Source: Candidatus Margulisiibacteriota bacterium (GTDB taxonomy: Bacteria > Margulisbacteria > WOR-1 > JAKLHX01 > JBAZKV01). Taken from it: DNA of 64,000 nucleotides. Location: positions 47,844-111,843 of the forward strand of contig JBAZKV010000002.1 of NCBI GenBank assembly GCA_041650635.1, in the 5' to 3' direction. Shown here one piece after another: positions 20,615 through 32,475 of this stretch. Each line of letters starts with the position of its first letter. Position 1 is the stretch's first letter. The translations under genes were made by a program, and so were the position numbers. Under the pieces are notes generated by a model that saw only the letters and a program-made list of their open reading frames with translations, searched no databases and was not told the origin of the DNA.

Positions 20615-21081
20615 TACTGACTTACCCGCGCATGTTTTTGCATGCTCTTTCCTATGATATAAGCCGCGACTATCGTGGCCACGCCCAGATTTATACAGAC
20701 ATCCGCAAGATTGAAAACAGGAAAGAACCTGAAATCTATCATGTCAACCACAAATCCCCTGAAGACCCTGTCAATAATATTGCCCGCGCTCCCGGAGAGC
20801 ACAAGGATAAGTCCAACCCTGTAATAGACCTTTTCCTGAGGAATCCGCCTCATCGCATACAGGAGGAACAGCGCCGCTAAAGCCGCTGCCCCTATCAGCA
20901 GAGCATTGCTTCCCTGGAACATCCCGAAAGCAGCTCCCGTATTCCTTACATAGGTGAGATGAAGAATATTTTGCACAAGGGGAAAGCTCTGGCCGGGCTT
21001 CATTAGTGCCAGAACAAGGGCTTTTGCGGTCTGATCGGCAAGGATCGCCAGCGCCGCAATAAGATAATACGGCCTCATCAT
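20614..21081 (-). CDS. lspA: lipoprotein signal peptidase (signal peptidase II)
   Basis: 155 aa with ADQTAKALV...NTGAAFG and a catalytic-Asp region (NIIDRV). Adjacent to lgt. Confidence 0.8.
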   Translation of the reverse strand: MMRPYYLIAALAILADQTAKALVLALMKPGQSFPLVQNILHLTYVRNTGAAFGMFQGSNALLIGAAALAALFLLYAMRRIPQEKVYYRVGLILVLSGSAGNIIDRVFRGFVVDMIDFRFFPVFNLADVCINLGVATIVAAYIIGKSMQKHARVSQ

Positions 21082-21353
21082 CTATTGACCGCGGCATTGA
21101 CAAATTCAACCAGCTGAGCTATGTAGGCGCCGAGTATTGGGACCTGAACGAATGATTTTAAAAGGTTTATCAGTATAAAAACCACAAGAGCGAAAACAGC
21201 GGTCATTCCCACCGCTGTTCCAAGACCTCTGGCGGTCCCGGCAAGAAAATTCATCCAGAAAAGCTTCCAAGGCCGGTTAAGAAGTTCAACATATCCGGCA
21301 AAATTAGCTTTTTCCAACTGTCTTGCCACCCTATCCATAATTTTGTCTTCCAT
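21078..21353 (-). CDS. small membrane protein (DUF-type)
   Basis: 91 aa with two predicted TM helices; overlaps the lspA start by 4 nt. Confidence 0.4.
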   Translation of the reverse strand: MEDKIMDRVARQLEKANFAGYVELLNRPWKLFWMNFLAGTARGLGTAVGMTAVFALVVFILINLLKSFVQVPILGAYIAQLVEFVNAAVNR

Positions 21354-21355
21354 GT

Positions 21356-22759
21356 TCAGTACCTGTAGTGTTCCGGCTTAAAAGGGCCTTCTACCGGGAC
21401 CCCTATGTAGTCGGCCTGTTCCTTGGACATCCTGGTCATTTTTACGCCGATCTTTTCCAGATGCAGGCGGGCAACCTCTTCGTCAAGCCTTTTTGGAAGC
21501 CTGTAGACCCCGACTTTGTATTTACCCCTGTTCTTCCACAGGTCTATCTGCGCCAGCACCTGGTTGGTGAAAGAGTTGGACATGACAAAGGAAGGATGCC
21601 CCGTGGCGCATCCCAGGTTTACCAACCTTCCTTCAGCAAGCAGAAAGAGCTCTTTGCCGTCAGGAAAAATGTATTTGTCCACCTGAGGCTTGATGTTGAC
21701 CTTCTTGATGCCCTTATATGCTTCCAGTTCTGCCACCTGTATCTCGTGGTCAAAATGCCCGATATTGCAGATGATGGCCTGGTCCTTCATTCTTTTCATG
21801 TGCTCTATGGTTATCACATCGCGGTTGCCCGTGGCCGTAACATAGATATCCGCTGTCCCCAGGGTATCTTCCACCGTCGTAACCTCATATCCTTCCATTG
21901 CAGCCTGCAGAGCGCAGATAGGATCGATCTCCGTCACTATTACCCTTGCGCCAAGGCCTCGTAGGGACTGGCAGGAGCCCTTACCGACATCCCCGTAGCC
22001 GCATATAACAGCCACCTTTCCGGCAAACATCACATCCATAGCCCTCTTTAGGCCGTCTCCGAGAGACTCCCTGCATCCGTATAGATTATCGAATTTCGAT
22101 TTGGTCACCGAATCGTTGACATTTATTGACGGGACCAGCAGTTCTCCTTTTTCAAGCATCTGATAAAGCCTGTGTACTCCTGTGGTGGTTTCCTCGGATA
22201 CTCCGACCCATTCTTTTACTGCGCCGGACCATTTACCGGGAGATGAGCTTTGAATGCGTTTCAGCGCTTTTTTCAGCTCTGCCTCATCCTCGCTTGACGA
22301 TGGCATATCAAGAATGGAGGGGTCTTTTTCTGCGGCATAGCCTTTGTGCATCATAAGGTTGGCATCTCCGCCGTCATCCACTATAAGCTGCGGCCCCTTG
22401 CCCCCGGGAAAAGTAAGGGCCTGTTCGGTACACCACCAGAAGTCTTCCAGGGTCTCCCCCTTCCAGGCAAAGACAGGCACGCCGTTCTTTGCTATAACAG
22501 CGGCCGCGTGGTCCTGTGTAGAGTAGATGTTACAGCTTGCCCATCTTACATCCGCGCCGAGAGCCGTAAGGGTCTCTATCAGAACGGCTGTCTGGATGGT
22601 CATGTGCAGCGAACCCATAATGCGCACGCCCTTGAGCGGTTTTTTGGGCGCGTATTCCTGCCGGATAGACATCAGACCGGGCATTTCGTGCTCTGCTATT
22701 TCAACCTCCCGCCTTCCAAAATCCGCCAGGCCAATGTCTTTTATCTTGTAATCCGCCAT
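21356..22759 (-). CDS. ahcY: adenosylhomocysteinase
   Basis: Probable start at [33 protein letters not shown]-binding GYGDVGKG motif and the full-length SAHH architecture are present. Confidence 0.9.
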   Translation of the reverse strand: MADYKIKDIGLADFGRREVEIAEHEMPGLMSIRQEYAPKKPLKGVRIMGSLHMTIQTAVLIETLTALGADVRWASCNIYSTQDHAAAVIAKNGVPVFAWKGETLEDFWWCTEQALTFPGGKGPQLIVDDGGDANLMMHKGYAAEKDPSILDMPSSSEDEAELKKALKRIQSSSPGKWSGAVKEWVGVSEETTTGVHRLYQMLEKGELLVPSINVNDSVTKSKFDNLYGCRESLGDGLKRAMDVMFAGKVAVICGYGDVGKGSCQSLRGLGARVIVTEIDPICALQAAMEGYEVTTVEDTLGTADIYVTATGNRDVITIEHMKRMKDQAIICNIGHFDHEIQVAELEAYKGIKKVNIKPQVDKYIFPDGKELFLLAEGRLVNLGCATGHPSFVMSNSFTNQVLAQIDLWKNRGKYKVGVYRLPKRLDEEVARLHLEKIGVKMTRMSKEQADYIGVPVEGPFKPEHYRY

Positions 22760-22770
22760 TTTCCCTCCTC

Positions 22771-25455
22771 TTATTTTACGGCTTCCTGGCACCTTAAGCA
22801 GATGCCGCCTTCTCCTACCCCGTTTACATAGCGCCAGCACCTCTGGCATTTTTTGCTCTGAGTCGGGACCGCAGACACAGAAAAGCTTTCTCCCTCCCGA
22901 AGCGATACCGAAGAAACCAGGAATATGTCGGCAAGCTCCATCTCAACTTCTCTCAGCGGCCGCAGGTCTTTTTCCGCTCCGCTTACCATTATATCGCATT
23001 GAAGGAACTGGCTGACTTTTTTCTGAGCCCTCAGTTCTTCCACTTCCTTATAAGCCTTTGCACGCACCTCAAGAACCTTTTCCCATCTTTCTTCAAGTGC
23101 CGTATCAAGCCAGCCCGGCTCAACCTCCGGAAAGACCTGGTCTGTGCCGTCTTTGCCGCGGGCAAGAAGAAGGTCCTGCGCGGTAAAACCAAGTATCGGG
23201 GACATCATGGACACCATGGAATCCAGGATCTTTTCCATAACATACTGACAGGAGATCCTTCTCTTGGAATCCCTGCTGTCGCAATAGAGCCGGTCCTTTA
23301 CAATGTCAAGATAAAAGGTCGACAGGTCACTGACGCAGTAATCATAGAGAGTATGGTAAACGATGTGGAGCTCAAATTCCTCGTAGGCCTTCTCCACTCT
23401 CTTTATGACCTGTGCAAGACGCAACAAAGCGTATCTGTCCAGTTGGGTCAGTTCTACTTTGTCTGATACCGGATGAGGCGGAAGGTTGCTCAAAAGGAAC
23501 CTGCAGGTGTTCCTTATCTTTTTAAAGCCTTCGTTTATCTGTCTTAGAATGTTCTTTGAAACGGCCATGTCATTGCGGAAATCGGTCGAGGCCACCCACA
23601 GGCGCAGAACATCCGCGCCGTACTCATCTACCACTTTTTGGGGGTCGACCACATTGCCCAGAGATTTGCTCATCTTTTTGCCTTTTTCGTCTATCGTAAA
23701 TCCGTGGGTTAGGACGGATCTAAAGGCGGCTTCCTTAAAACCTGCCACCGAGGTAAGTATCGAGGTCTGGAACCAGCCTCTGTGCTGGTCTGAGCCCTCC
23801 AGATACAGGTCAGCAGGCCAGGAAAGCTCTTTTGAACCCTTTAGCACGGAATAATGTGAGGACCCTGATTCCAGCCAAACATCCATAATGTCGGTTTCCT
23901 TTGTGAACTCTTGGCCGCCGCATTTTTCGCATTTGGTCCCTTTGGGAAGGATCTCTTCGGGGCTTTTATCGAACCAGGCATCGCTACCCAGCTTCTTCAT
24001 CAGTTCTGCCGCGGCTTTGTTAAAAGCTCCTTTAAAGTTCGGGGAGCCGCAGCCCTTGCAATAAAAGGCCGGTATCGGAATGCCCCAGGATCTCTGCCTT
24101 GAGATACACCAATCCGGGCGGGATTCCACCATTGCCCTTATCCTGTTCTGCCCCCAGCCGGGGATCCAGGTGATCTTTTTTATCTGCTCAAGCACGCGGT
24201 CCCTTAAGCGGTCGTGGTCGACAGCGATGAACCACTGTTCGGTGGCGCGGAAGATGACAGGCTTTTTGCATCTCCAGCAGTGCGGATACGGGTGTTTTAG
24301 CGTTTCATTCCCAAGCAAAGCGCCTCTTTCACTAAGCAGGTCTATTATCGGCTGGTTTGCTTTCCAAACACTGACCCCGGTAAATTGAGGGACTTCTTCG
24401 GTAAAGCGCCCCTTTTCGTCAACCGGCATAATAATAGGAAGTTTGTATTTGAGCCCCACCTTGTAGTCTTCGTCCCCGTGCCCTGGAGCTATATGGACGC
24501 AGCCTGTGCCTGTTTCAAGGGTAACGAACTGGTCAAGGACCACTTTTGAATCCCTGTCAATGAACGGATGCCGGCAGACGATCCCTTCCAACTCCGAGCC
24601 TTTGTACTTTTTGACAACTTCATAACTGCTCCAACCCATCTTTTTGGCAGCGGACTCAAGCAGCTGCGATGCCACTATAAAATTGCTGCCGCCGGTCCTG
24701 ATCTCGCTGTATTCGTACTCCGGGTGCACCGCTATGGCCACATTGGACGGAAGCGTCCACGGGGTCGTGGTCCAGATCACGAATTTGTCAAACTTGACAA
24801 AGATCGCGTGGGAATCATCCTCCTCATATTCTATTTCGGCTTCTGCCAGAGCAGTCTCGCAATTGGGGCACCAGTGTATAGGTTTAAGCGCTTTGTAGAT
24901 ATAGCCTTTGTCCGCAAGTTTTCCGAATAGTTCCACGACACCGGCTTCATATCCGGGGTTTAGAGTAAGATAAGGGTTGTTCCACTCGGCACGGATCCCC
25001 AGCCTTTTGAACTCCTTTTTCTGGAGCTCTACATATTTGAGAGCGTACTGCCTGCACTTCTGGCGGAACTCTATAGTGGACAGGGTCGATCTTCTGACAG
25101 AGAGCTCTTTTAAAAGCTGGGTTTCTATCGGAAGCCCGTGGCAGTCCCAGCCGGGAACAAAAGGCGAATCAAATCCGCGCATCGTCTTGTATTTGACAAC
25201 AATGTCCTTGAGTATCTTGTTGAGAGCATGGCCCAGGTGAATATCGCCGTTGGGGTACGGAGGTCCGTCATGAAGAATGAACTTCTTCCTTGCTTCTTGA
25301 CCCTTACCCTGAGCGAGCGGCTTGTGCCGAGCGGAATCGAGGCAAGCGAGTCGAAGGGCTTCCCATAAGGCAAGTATCTCCGGCTCCCTGGTCTTATGGT
25401 CATACTTGATGGGGAAATCCGTCTGGGGAAGGTTCAAAGTATCTTTATAAGCCAT
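22771..25455 (-). CDS. ileS: isoleucine--tRNA ligase
   Basis: 894 aa with HIGH-type [14 protein letters not shown], a KMSKS region (KMSKSLGN) and a C-terminal zinc ribbon (CQRCWRY...CLRCQEAV). Confidence 0.9.
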   Translation of the reverse strand: MAYKDTLNLPQTDFPIKYDHKTREPEILALWEALRLACLDSARHKPLAQGKGQEARKKFILHDGPPYPNGDIHLGHALNKILKDIVVKYKTMRGFDSPFVPGWDCHGLPIETQLLKELSVRRSTLSTIEFRQKCRQYALKYVELQKKEFKRLGIRAEWNNPYLTLNPGYEAGVVELFGKLADKGYIYKALKPIHWCPNCETALAEAEIEYEEDDSHAIFVKFDKFVIWTTTPWTLPSNVAIAVHPEYEYSEIRTGGSNFIVASQLLESAAKKMGWSSYEVVKKYKGSELEGIVCRHPFIDRDSKVVLDQFVTLETGTGCVHIAPGHGDEDYKVGLKYKLPIIMPVDEKGRFTEEVPQFTGVSVWKANQPIIDLLSERGALLGNETLKHPYPHCWRCKKPVIFRATEQWFIAVDHDRLRDRVLEQIKKITWIPGWGQNRIRAMVESRPDWCISRQRSWGIPIPAFYCKGCGSPNFKGAFNKAAAELMKKLGSDAWFDKSPEEILPKGTKCEKCGGQEFTKETDIMDVWLESGSSHYSVLKGSKELSWPADLYLEGSDQHRGWFQTSILTSVAGFKEAAFRSVLTHGFTIDEKGKKMSKSLGNVVDPQKVVDEYGADVLRLWVASTDFRNDMAVSKNILRQINEGFKKIRNTCRFLLSNLPPHPVSDKVELTQLDRYALLRLAQVIKRVEKAYEEFELHIVYHTLYDYCVSDLSTFYLDIVKDRLYCDSRDSKRRISCQYVMEKILDSMVSMMSPILGFTAQDLLLARGKDGTDQVFPEVEPGWLDTALEERWEKVLEVRAKAYKEVEELRAQKKVSQFLQCDIMVSGAEKDLRPLREVEMELADIFLVSSVSLREGESFSVSAVPTQSKKCQRCWRYVNGVGEGGICLRCQEAVK

Positions 25456-25595
25456 GCAAAAATTATAACATAGATATATATACTACATCTTCTTCATGAA
25501 CCGCTACCCTCCCGGGCATTATTCACCGCAAAAATGGTATTTAGCGTCAAATTTAACGATAATTATTTGTAGGGGGGTCTGGACTAAAAATATAC

Positions 25596-27329
25596 TTGGA
25601 GAAGGATAATACGATGAGATTAGAGCAAGGTCTGCAGATCGGCGGACAGTCAAAAGCAGGATCAGCAAGGCTCAAAGTTGTGGAGCGCGATCCCAGGACT
25701 GTTCAGGGTTCAGAAAGACCTTTGGAAAGCGGGCCGTCTGCGGTTGAGCGTTTAGAACAAAGGCCCAAAGTGACGGATTTTTCTCAGGATGATATCGACA
25801 GGACCGCATATTTTGAGGGATTCCCTCCTGAAGATTACCGTATTATAGCCAGAATTACCCGGGATATTCTAAGGGAATCCGATCTCAGCCGCTTCAAGAC
25901 TTCTAAAGAACTGTCTGCATTTATGAAAGAAGAGCTGCTTAAAAGACTTGAGGGCTATCCACAAGTAAAAGACATATTCCAGAGGCATCTTGCCCGTCCC
26001 GAAATGGCTGGGCTGGTTGCGGAAAAGAGAACACAGCTTCTTGATTATACGTTTTCAGGTATGAGCAGGGAAGACCGCGCAGCATTGATGAAGCCGATAG
26101 AGGACGCGATCAATAAGGCCGTGGGGGCAGGCACGCCTTTAGAAAAAGCGTTGGTTTCCTATGATGTGCAAAAGGCCTATTTTGACATGGAAAAGATCTT
26201 ACAAAACATCCCCCTATATAAAGACGCTCTGGCCGAATTGCTTTCAAAGGATAAACTGTTTGAAGAGATATTCGCCTTCCAGGAGGGTTTCAGGGCGCGG
26301 GAAATGGCACAGGGTCCTGTGGGCAGACCCATTATCTCCGCCTTAGTATATTCATATACGGATGACAAAGATAGCAAGGAAGCTCTTGGCAAACTGGGGA
26401 TCGACACAAAACGTCTTGGCAGAGAACAAGCTAGAAGACTGGCAGTTTTAGGAGGTTTGGAACAGGATGAAGCGTCCGCCATGTTAAACGGCCTTAAGGA
26501 CATTAGATCCAGCAAAGCGTATGTGGTCAGCCTGGATGTTAAAAGCGGCATAGAGGCTCACCTTGCTGAAAAGCCGTTAGCTTTGGCCGCCTATAAAAAA
26601 ATGCTGGAGAATACCAGGCCGATCCCGGAGCTTGGCAGGATAACCTATAAGAGGATGCTGGACACCCAGATAGAGATGCTTCACGCTCTGCCGGACGGAG
26701 AAGAAAAACAGGCCGCCATCAGGCACTGTGAAGAAAGCCTGGAGGCTTTGAAAGCGGTGCCGGACAAAGAAGTGGGTATGTCTCTGGTGCAAGCCGCATA
26801 TATAGAACTTAAGGAGCTTGAGGAAGGGGCCCGCAGGGTACTGTCAAGTACTGACAACAAATATAGAGAAATGGTCGCGACTTATGAGGATGTAAAGTCC
26901 CTTTATGCCCAGAAGCTTTTCTGCGACTGTATAAGAGACCCTCAGACTAAAGAGGCCATAGGCGCAATGGAATGGGATGCCGATAAGATGAGCTTTCTTT
27001 CTCCAGAGGATTTGATGTCCGCTATTTCCGCAAAACTTGGTTCTGCAGAACTGTCAAGGGACCAGAAACAGCGGCTTAATTACCTTTTGGCTTTATGTTT
27101 CGAAGAAGCGGGCAAAGTCCAGGAGGTCGGAGCTTTTCAAAGTAAAATAGGCATGTATGAAATTGGATTCAGGAACGAATTGTATAGAAGTATGAGGGCA
27201 GAGATCGCAAAAAGGCCGTATGGTGCAAGCCTTGTCGCCATCTGCGACTCGCTGATTGATGTTGAACTCAAAGAACTAAATGAATTGTTCCAGCCCCCTA
27301 AAACAAACGAACAGATCCTGTCGGTTTAA
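25596..27329 (+). CDS. hypothetical protein (577 aa, helical, charged)
   Basis: Long ORF with local codon usage. No signal peptide and no recognisable catalytic motif. E/K/L/A-rich, suggesting an alpha-helical or coiled-coil protein. Confidence 0.5.
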   Translation: MEKDNTMRLEQGLQIGGQSKAGSARLKVVERDPRTVQGSERPLESGPSAVERLEQRPKVTDFSQDDIDRTAYFEGFPPEDYRIIARITRDILRESDLSRFKTSKELSAFMKEELLKRLEGYPQVKDIFQRHLARPEMAGLVAEKRTQLLDYTFSGMSREDRAALMKPIEDAINKAVGAGTPLEKALVSYDVQKAYFDMEKILQNIPLYKDALAELLSKDKLFEEIFAFQEGFRAREMAQGPVGRPIISALVYSYTDDKDSKEALGKLGIDTKRLGREQARRLAVLGGLEQDEASAMLNGLKDIRSSKAYVVSLDVKSGIEAHLAEKPLALAAYKKMLENTRPIPELGRITYKRMLDTQIEMLHALPDGEEKQAAIRHCEESLEALKAVPDKEVGMSLVQAAYIELKELEEGARRVLSSTDNKYREMVATYEDVKSLYAQKLFCDCIRDPQTKEAIGAMEWDADKMSFLSPEDLMSAISAKLGSAELSRDQKQRLNYLLALCFEEAGKVQEVGAFQSKIGMYEIGFRNELYRSMRAEIAKRPYGASLVAICDSLIDVELKELNELFQPPKTNEQILSV

Positions 27330-27336
27330 CAGCCTT

Positions 27337-29844
27337 TCAGGCCAGCATCTGCCCGTGGACCGAAGGGGGGTCGATTTCGTGCCTTCTTGCCTTTGACGGC
27401 CTTTCTTCTTCTTTTTCGCTTTCAAAGGAGATGTTAAGCTCGCTCCTTACCTGGTCCTCCTTGTGTTCCAGTATCCCTTTTGGCACCTTGGTCAAAGCGG
27501 TTTTGAGAACATCGTCCATGTGCTTTGCCGGTACAAAGTCCATCTTAAGGTCGCCTTTGAACTGCTTTTTTATCTCTTCAAGGTCTTTGGTGTTCTCGCA
27601 AGGAAAAACCACCGTTTTTATCCCGGCTCTTTTTGCCGCCAGGAGTTTTTCTTTTAACCCTCCTATCGGAAGGACCCTTCCGCGCAGAGTTATCTCCCCG
27701 GTCATGGCCACCTCTCTTTTGACGGGGATCCCGGTAAGAGCCGAAGTAAGCGCGGTTGCCATGGTGATGCCGGCGGACGGACCGTCTTTGGGGACCGCGC
27801 CTTCCGGCACATGCACATGTATGTCAACTTTTCTGTAAAAATTCTCTTCAAGCCCGAGAGCGCTGGCCCTGGACCGCACAAAGCTCATCGCGGCCTTTGC
27901 GCTCTCCTGCATCACATCGCCCAGCATTCCCGTAAGTGTCAGGCTGCCCTTGCCGTTCATAACGGTGACCTCTATCGGTATCGTGTCCCCTCCCACTTCG
28001 GTCCACACCAGCCCGGTAACCGCACCCACCTGGTCCTTTTCTTCGGCAATGCCGAAGGAATGCCTGGAGGGCCCCAGATATTCTTTTAGGTCCTCCGGCT
28101 TGATGTGTTTTGCTTCGTCCTTTTTTCTCTTTACCATTGCGGTGGCTGCCTTGCGCAGGACCGTATCGATCGTCCTTTCCAGATTCCTGACACCGGCCTC
28201 CCTTGTATACTCGCGTATTATCTTGAGAAGGGTCTTGTCCTCAAAACTGATGAGGTCTTTAGAAAGACCGTGCTTCCCCAGGGCTTTGGGCAGCAAGTGG
28301 TCCTTGGCTATGCCGAGTTTTTCCTCTTCTGTATAGCCGCTCATCTCTATTATCTCCATCCTGTCGCGCAGCGGCCTGGGGATGGGCTCTATCGTGTTGG
28401 CCGTGGTAATAAAGAACACATCCGACAGGTCAAAGGCCACTTCAAGATAGTGGTCAGAAAACTCTTTGTTCTGCTCGGGATCAAGCACTTCCAGTAGCGC
28501 TGCGGCAGGGTCTCCCCTGAAATCATTGCCCAGTTTGTCAATTTCGTCCAGAAGAAAAACAGGGTTATTTACCTTTACCTTTGCAACGGACTGGATTATC
28601 CTTCCCGGCATGGAACCCACATAGGTCCTGCGGTGGCCCCTTATCTCGGCCTCGTCCCTGACACCGCCCAAAGAAATGCGGGCGAACTTTCTCCCTATGG
28701 CCCTTGCTATCGATTTTCCCACTGATGTCTTGCCGACCCCCGGAGGCCCCGCCAGACAAAGAATGGTGCCGGCCATCTTTCCCGTACGCTCCAACACGGC
28801 AAAATATTCAAGGATCCTCTCTTTTACCTTGTCCAGGCCAAAATGATCTTCGTTAAGTATCTTTTCAACTTCAGCGATATCGATCCTGCTTTTTGTCTTC
28901 TTCTTCCACGGCAGGTCTATTATCCAGTCAAGGTATGTGCGGATGACGGTTGCCTCGGCCACCATTGAGGGCATCTTGGAAAGCCTCTCGAGTTCTTTTT
29001 TTGCCTTTTCTTTTACCTCATCCGGCAGTTTTGCGGCCTCCAGCTTTTTCCTGTACTCCCCTATCTCGGGCGAGGCGTCCTCGTCCTCAACCCCCAGTTC
29101 GTCCTGGATCGCCTTGAGTTTTTCTTTAAGATAATATTCTTTCTGGACCCTGTCTATCTGCTTCTTCACCTTGCCCTGAAGTTTTTTTTCTACCTCAAGC
29201 ACCTCTATCTCTTTTGCGAGCATTTCGGAAAGCTTTTTCAACCTCTTGATCACAGGCACCGCTTCAAGGATCTGCTGCTTTTCTTCCACCTTTAAGGTCA
29301 GATACGATGCCACCAGGTCAGCCAGACGGCCGGGGTTTTCCACATTGATTATGGACATCAGGGTTTCAGAAGGTATACGCTTGTTCAATTTTACATAGTT
29401 CTCAAAATTCTTTATCACCACCCGGACCAGCGCTTCTATTTCGACAGAAACATCCGTTTCTTCGGGCAGGCGCGATATCTTGACCTTGTAGTACGGGTCG
29501 TCCTGCGTAAAATCCTCTATCTTTACTCTTGCGACCCCCTCAACAAGCACTTTTGTGGTGCCATCGGGAAGTGCCACCATCTGGACCACCTCAGCCAGGG
29601 TACCTATAGAGCAGATATCCTTCGGGGATGGTTCTTCTATATCTTCGGACCTCTGCGATGCGAACACAATAAGGCGTTCCTTTTCTATCGTGTCCTCGAG
29701 CGCCTTTACGGATTTGCTGCGGCCTATAAAGAGAGGGACTATCATCTGGGGAAAGACCACCATGTTCCGGAGCGGGATGAGAGGAAGTTCGTCCTTCCAC
29801 TCTACCGGGGGCTTGGCTGGAGGGGTTTTTTCGGCCTTTTCCAT
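27337..29844 (-). CDS. lon: ATP-dependent protease Lon
   Basis: 835 aa with LON N-domain, AAA+ Walker [10 protein letters not shown], and protease-domain catalytic PKDGPSAG and K. Confidence 0.9.
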   Translation of the reverse strand: MEKAEKTPPAKPPVEWKDELPLIPLRNMVVFPQMIVPLFIGRSKSVKALEDTIEKERLIVFASQRSEDIEEPSPKDICSIGTLAEVVQMVALPDGTTKVLVEGVARVKIEDFTQDDPYYKVKISRLPEETDVSVEIEALVRVVIKNFENYVKLNKRIPSETLMSIINVENPGRLADLVASYLTLKVEEKQQILEAVPVIKRLKKLSEMLAKEIEVLEVEKKLQGKVKKQIDRVQKEYYLKEKLKAIQDELGVEDEDASPEIGEYRKKLEAAKLPDEVKEKAKKELERLSKMPSMVAEATVIRTYLDWIIDLPWKKKTKSRIDIAEVEKILNEDHFGLDKVKERILEYFAVLERTGKMAGTILCLAGPPGVGKTSVGKSIARAIGRKFARISLGGVRDEAEIRGHRRTYVGSMPGRIIQSVAKVKVNNPVFLLDEIDKLGNDFRGDPAAALLEVLDPEQNKEFSDHYLEVAFDLSDVFFITTANTIEPIPRPLRDRMEIIEMSGYTEEEKLGIAKDHLLPKALGKHGLSKDLISFEDKTLLKIIREYTREAGVRNLERTIDTVLRKAATAMVKRKKDEAKHIKPEDLKEYLGPSRHSFGIAEEKDQVGAVTGLVWTEVGGDTIPIEVTVMNGKGSLTLTGMLGDVMQESAKAAMSFVRSRASALGLEENFYRKVDIHVHVPEGAVPKDGPSAGITMATALTSALTGIPVKREVAMTGEITLRGRVLPIGGLKEKLLAAKRAGIKTVVFPCENTKDLEEIKKQFKGDLKMDFVPAKHMDDVLKTALTKVPKGILEHKEDQVRSELNISFESEKEEERPSKARRHEIDPPSVHGQMLA

Positions 29845-30464
29845 TATTTTTTGCCTTTTACGGTATCCGCAGTTCTTTTAATTTTGCCCGCTTCAAGGAC
29901 TTCGTCTATCAGGCCGTACTTGACCGCTTCTGCCGGGGACATGTAGAAGTCCCTGTCTGTATCTTTTGCTATCTTTTCTATGCTCTGGCCTGTATGTTTG
30001 GCAAGGATAGCATTGAGAAGGCCTTTTATCTTGATTATTTCCTGCGCCTGTATCTCGATGTCGGTTGCCTGCCCCTGGGCGCCTCCAAGCGGCTGATGGA
30101 TCAGGACCCTTGAATTGGGAAGGGCAAACCTTTTGCCTTTGTTGCCCGCCGCAAGAAGCAGAGCACCCATGCTGGCCGCCTGCCCCACACAGATGGTAGA
30201 AATCGGCATCTGCACATACTGCATGGTGTCATAGATCGCCAGCCCTGCCGTCACGACCCCTCCGGGAGAGTTTATGTAAATGTAAGCCTCTTTGTCCCTG
30301 TCCTCTGCCTGAAGGAACAGTATCTGGGCGATTATCAGGTTGGCAATGTCATCGTCTATGGCGCCCCCGATAAAGATTATCCTTTCCTTTAGAAGCCTGG
30401 AATAGATGTCGTAGGCTCGCTCTCCTTTTGAGGTCTGTTCTATGACCATTGGAAGGACCGTCAT
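29844..30464 (-). CDS. clpP: ATP-dependent Clp protease proteolytic subunit
   Basis: 206 aa with [12 protein letters not shown]...INSPGG and catalytic Ser/His/Asp context. Confidence 0.9.
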   Translation of the reverse strand: MTVLPMVIEQTSKGERAYDIYSRLLKERIIFIGGAIDDDIANLIIAQILFLQAEDRDKEAYIYINSPGGVVTAGLAIYDTMQYVQMPISTICVGQAASMGALLLAAGNKGKRFALPNSRVLIHQPLGGAQGQATDIEIQAQEIIKIKGLLNAILAKHTGQSIEKIAKDTDRDFYMSPAEAVKYGLIDEVLEAGKIKRTADTVKGKK

Positions 30465-30482
30465 GACTTGCTCCTTTCGAGG

Positions 30483-31763
30483 CTATTTTATCTTAGCATC
30501 CCTGACTATAATGTCCATAGCTTTTCTTCTAAGCAAATGGTCTTTGATATAGTCCCTTACAGCGGGGTTGGAACTGTAGTCCTGCAATTGGGCTCCGGAT
30601 TCCAGAGCCGCGGCTTCTATCTCTTTCTGGAGCTCTTCTTCGCTCACTTCTACGCTTTCGGCCCCGGCTATTGCGCGAAGCACCAATTTGGCTTTGGCCC
30701 TTGAGGAAGCCCCCTGAAAAAGCTGGGACCTGAAAGCTGTCATGTCGATCTTTCTGCTGGCAAGATAGCCCTCCAGCGTCAGACCTGACCTTTCCAGATT
30801 GGCTCTGGTCTCATCCGCCATAGAATCGATCTCCCTCTCCACGATGGAGCGCGGGATATCGACTTTGCTTTCCGAGGAAACAGCCTCGAGCAGAGCGTCT
30901 TTAAGCCTTGCGTCCTCTTCCAGTCTTGCGGACTCTTCAAATCTCCTGCGCAGATCGCCCCGGTACTCTTCCACGGTCTTAAAAGAACTTATCTTGGAAA
31001 CATATTCATCATTAAAGTCCGGCAAATTCCTTTCGATGAGTTTATTCAGCGACACTTTAAAATCCGCCCTCTTGCCGGCGAACCTGGGAATAAAATAGTC
31101 CTGCGGCAGGTCAACGGAGAACTCTTTGGAAGAACCTATTTCCATTCCGTAAATGTTCTTGTCAAAATCCGGTGCTATCCGGTTGTCGCCCAAAAGTACG
31201 GGCAGGGACCTCTGGCTTAGGTCTTCCTCCTGCTTTCCCTCACAGGAGCCTTCTATGTCGAGTTCGGCTATGTCGCCTTCACGGGCTGCCCTGTCCCCGA
31301 CTTCTTTAAGCTGGGCGCTTTGCTCAAGAATGGACTTGATATACGCATCAAGGTCTTTTTCCTCGATAGTTCTTTCTTTCTTTTCCGCCTTAAGCCCTTT
31401 GTATTTGCCAAGTGTAACTTCCGGTTCAACATCCACTTCAACACCTAAAAGACAGGACTCTTCGTCCTTGACAGAGACAACCTTATAAGAAGGATAATCC
31501 ACAGGACGGAGTCCTGTTTCCTTGAGGATAGCGGGATATGCTTCCTGCATTATGAAATCCGCGGCCCTGTCGTTGATCGCGCTCTTGTCGAACTGCTTCT
31601 CCAGCATCGACTTGGGGGCCTTGCCGGGCCTGAACCCGGGTATCTTTACGCTGCGCGCGGCCTCTTTATAGACCTTATCAACCGCCTGCAGATATTCTTT
31701 ATAATCCACCTCGAACTCAAGTGATACCCTGCTGCCGTTCTTTTCCTGCTTGACGATTTTCAA
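30483..31763 (-). CDS. tig: trigger factor
   Basis: Probable TTG start (plus 31761-31763) 7 nt after an AAGGAGAG RBS, giving (M)KIVKQEKNGSRVSLEFEVD. A PPIase FKBP-like domain is present (GFRPGKAP). The longer ORF to 31829 reads through a tRNA-Gly fragment and is rejected. Confidence 0.8.
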   Translation of the reverse strand: MKIVKQEKNGSRVSLEFEVDYKEYLQAVDKVYKEAARSVKIPGFRPGKAPKSMLEKQFDKSAINDRAADFIMQEAYPAILKETGLRPVDYPSYKVVSVKDEESCLLGVEVDVEPEVTLGKYKGLKAEKKERTIEEKDLDAYIKSILEQSAQLKEVGDRAAREGDIAELDIEGSCEGKQEEDLSQRSLPVLLGDNRIAPDFDKNIYGMEIGSSKEFSVDLPQDYFIPRFAGKRADFKVSLNKLIERNLPDFNDEYVSKISSFKTVEEYRGDLRRRFEESARLEEDARLKDALLEAVSSESKVDIPRSIVEREIDSMADETRANLERSGLTLEGYLASRKIDMTAFRSQLFQGASSRAKAKLVLRAIAGAESVEVSEEELQKEIEAAALESGAQLQDYSSNPAVRDYIKDHLLRRKAMDIIVRDAKIK

Positions 31764-31783
31764 AAGCCTCTCCTTTATAAAAA

Positions 31784-31814
31784 AAGCGGGAGAAGGGACT
31801 TGAACCCTCGACCT
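31784..31814 (-). repeat. 31-nt duplicate of tRNA-Gly(GCC) 3' half (T-arm plus acceptor 3' strand), followed by T7 run
   Basis: aagcgggagaagggacttgaaccctcgacct is identical to 31979-32009; there is no matching 5' half. Confidence 0.85.
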
Positions 31815-31979
31815 CGCTTCGCTCTCCATAGGGGCTCCGCCCCTCTGGCGGCCCTCGGCAAGCTCGGGCCTGTCACCCCTTAAGGGAAACTCCCGTTTCC
31901 CTTAACAACCCTTCCCAGGTCGAGATAACATTGCTCTTTATCCGGCCATAATCCATCAGCCTTAGGCCTTAAGCCAATA

Positions 31980-32051
<72 letters not shown>

Positions 32052-32193
32052 TTGTCCTGAGCGAACGAAGTGAGTCGAAGGACACCTCGACTCTCATTCA
32101 ACTCTCTTATCTGGATTATAGCAAAAAGGAGAGAGGGCTTCAATAAAGCCCTGCGTGTTATATAATGGAGACAATAAAAAGGGGGAAAACATC

Positions 32194-32475
32194 ATGATAG
32201 ATTATACGGTGGTTGAAGGCAAAGAAAAAGCGGATGTCACACTGTATGCTCTAAGCACCTGCGGCTGGTGCCTCAAGACAAAAAAACTGCTTAACTCGCT
32301 CGGGATCAAGTACAGATATGTGTATGTTGATAAGCTTGACGAAAAAGAAAGTACAGAGGCGGCAAAAGAGATATTAAAATGGAATCCGGACGAGTCCTTC
32401 CCTACCCTTGTCATAGACAACAGCAGCTGCATACTCGGTTTTGACGAAGAAAAGATCAAGGAAAAACTGGGATGA
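32194..32475 (+). CDS. glutaredoxin-like thioredoxin-fold protein
   Basis: Start at MIDYTVVEG; CxxC active site (STCGWC); ~93 aa, resembling glutaredoxin or NrdH. Confidence 0.6.
   Translation: MIDYTVVEGKEKADVTLYALSTCGWCLKTKKLLNSLGIKYRYVYVDKLDEKESTEAAKEILKWNPDESFPTLVIDNSSCILGFDEEKIKEKLG

Noticed and set aside
25456-25595. Possible T-box leader upstream of ileS
   Set aside because: No AATTAGGGTGGTACCGCG-like T-box core or specifier or antiterminator arrangement could be recognised by eye. A covariance-model search would be needed.
31764-31829. Annotated ATG start of trigger factor (MESEARSRVQVPSP...)
   Set aside because: These codons are a translation of the tRNA-Gly fragment. An RBS plus TTG immediately downstream gives the conserved trigger-factor N-terminus.
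31786-31900. Possible 112-nt unusual tRNA (tRNA-Sec-like or intron-containing) using the duplicated tRNA-Gly 3' half
   Set aside because: The candidate 5' strand (ACGGGAG) mispairs at position 1, and the intervening sequence folds into two unrelated hairpins with no D-arm or anticodon arm. It is more parsimonious as a 3'-half duplicate (att-like scar) plus spacer hairpins.
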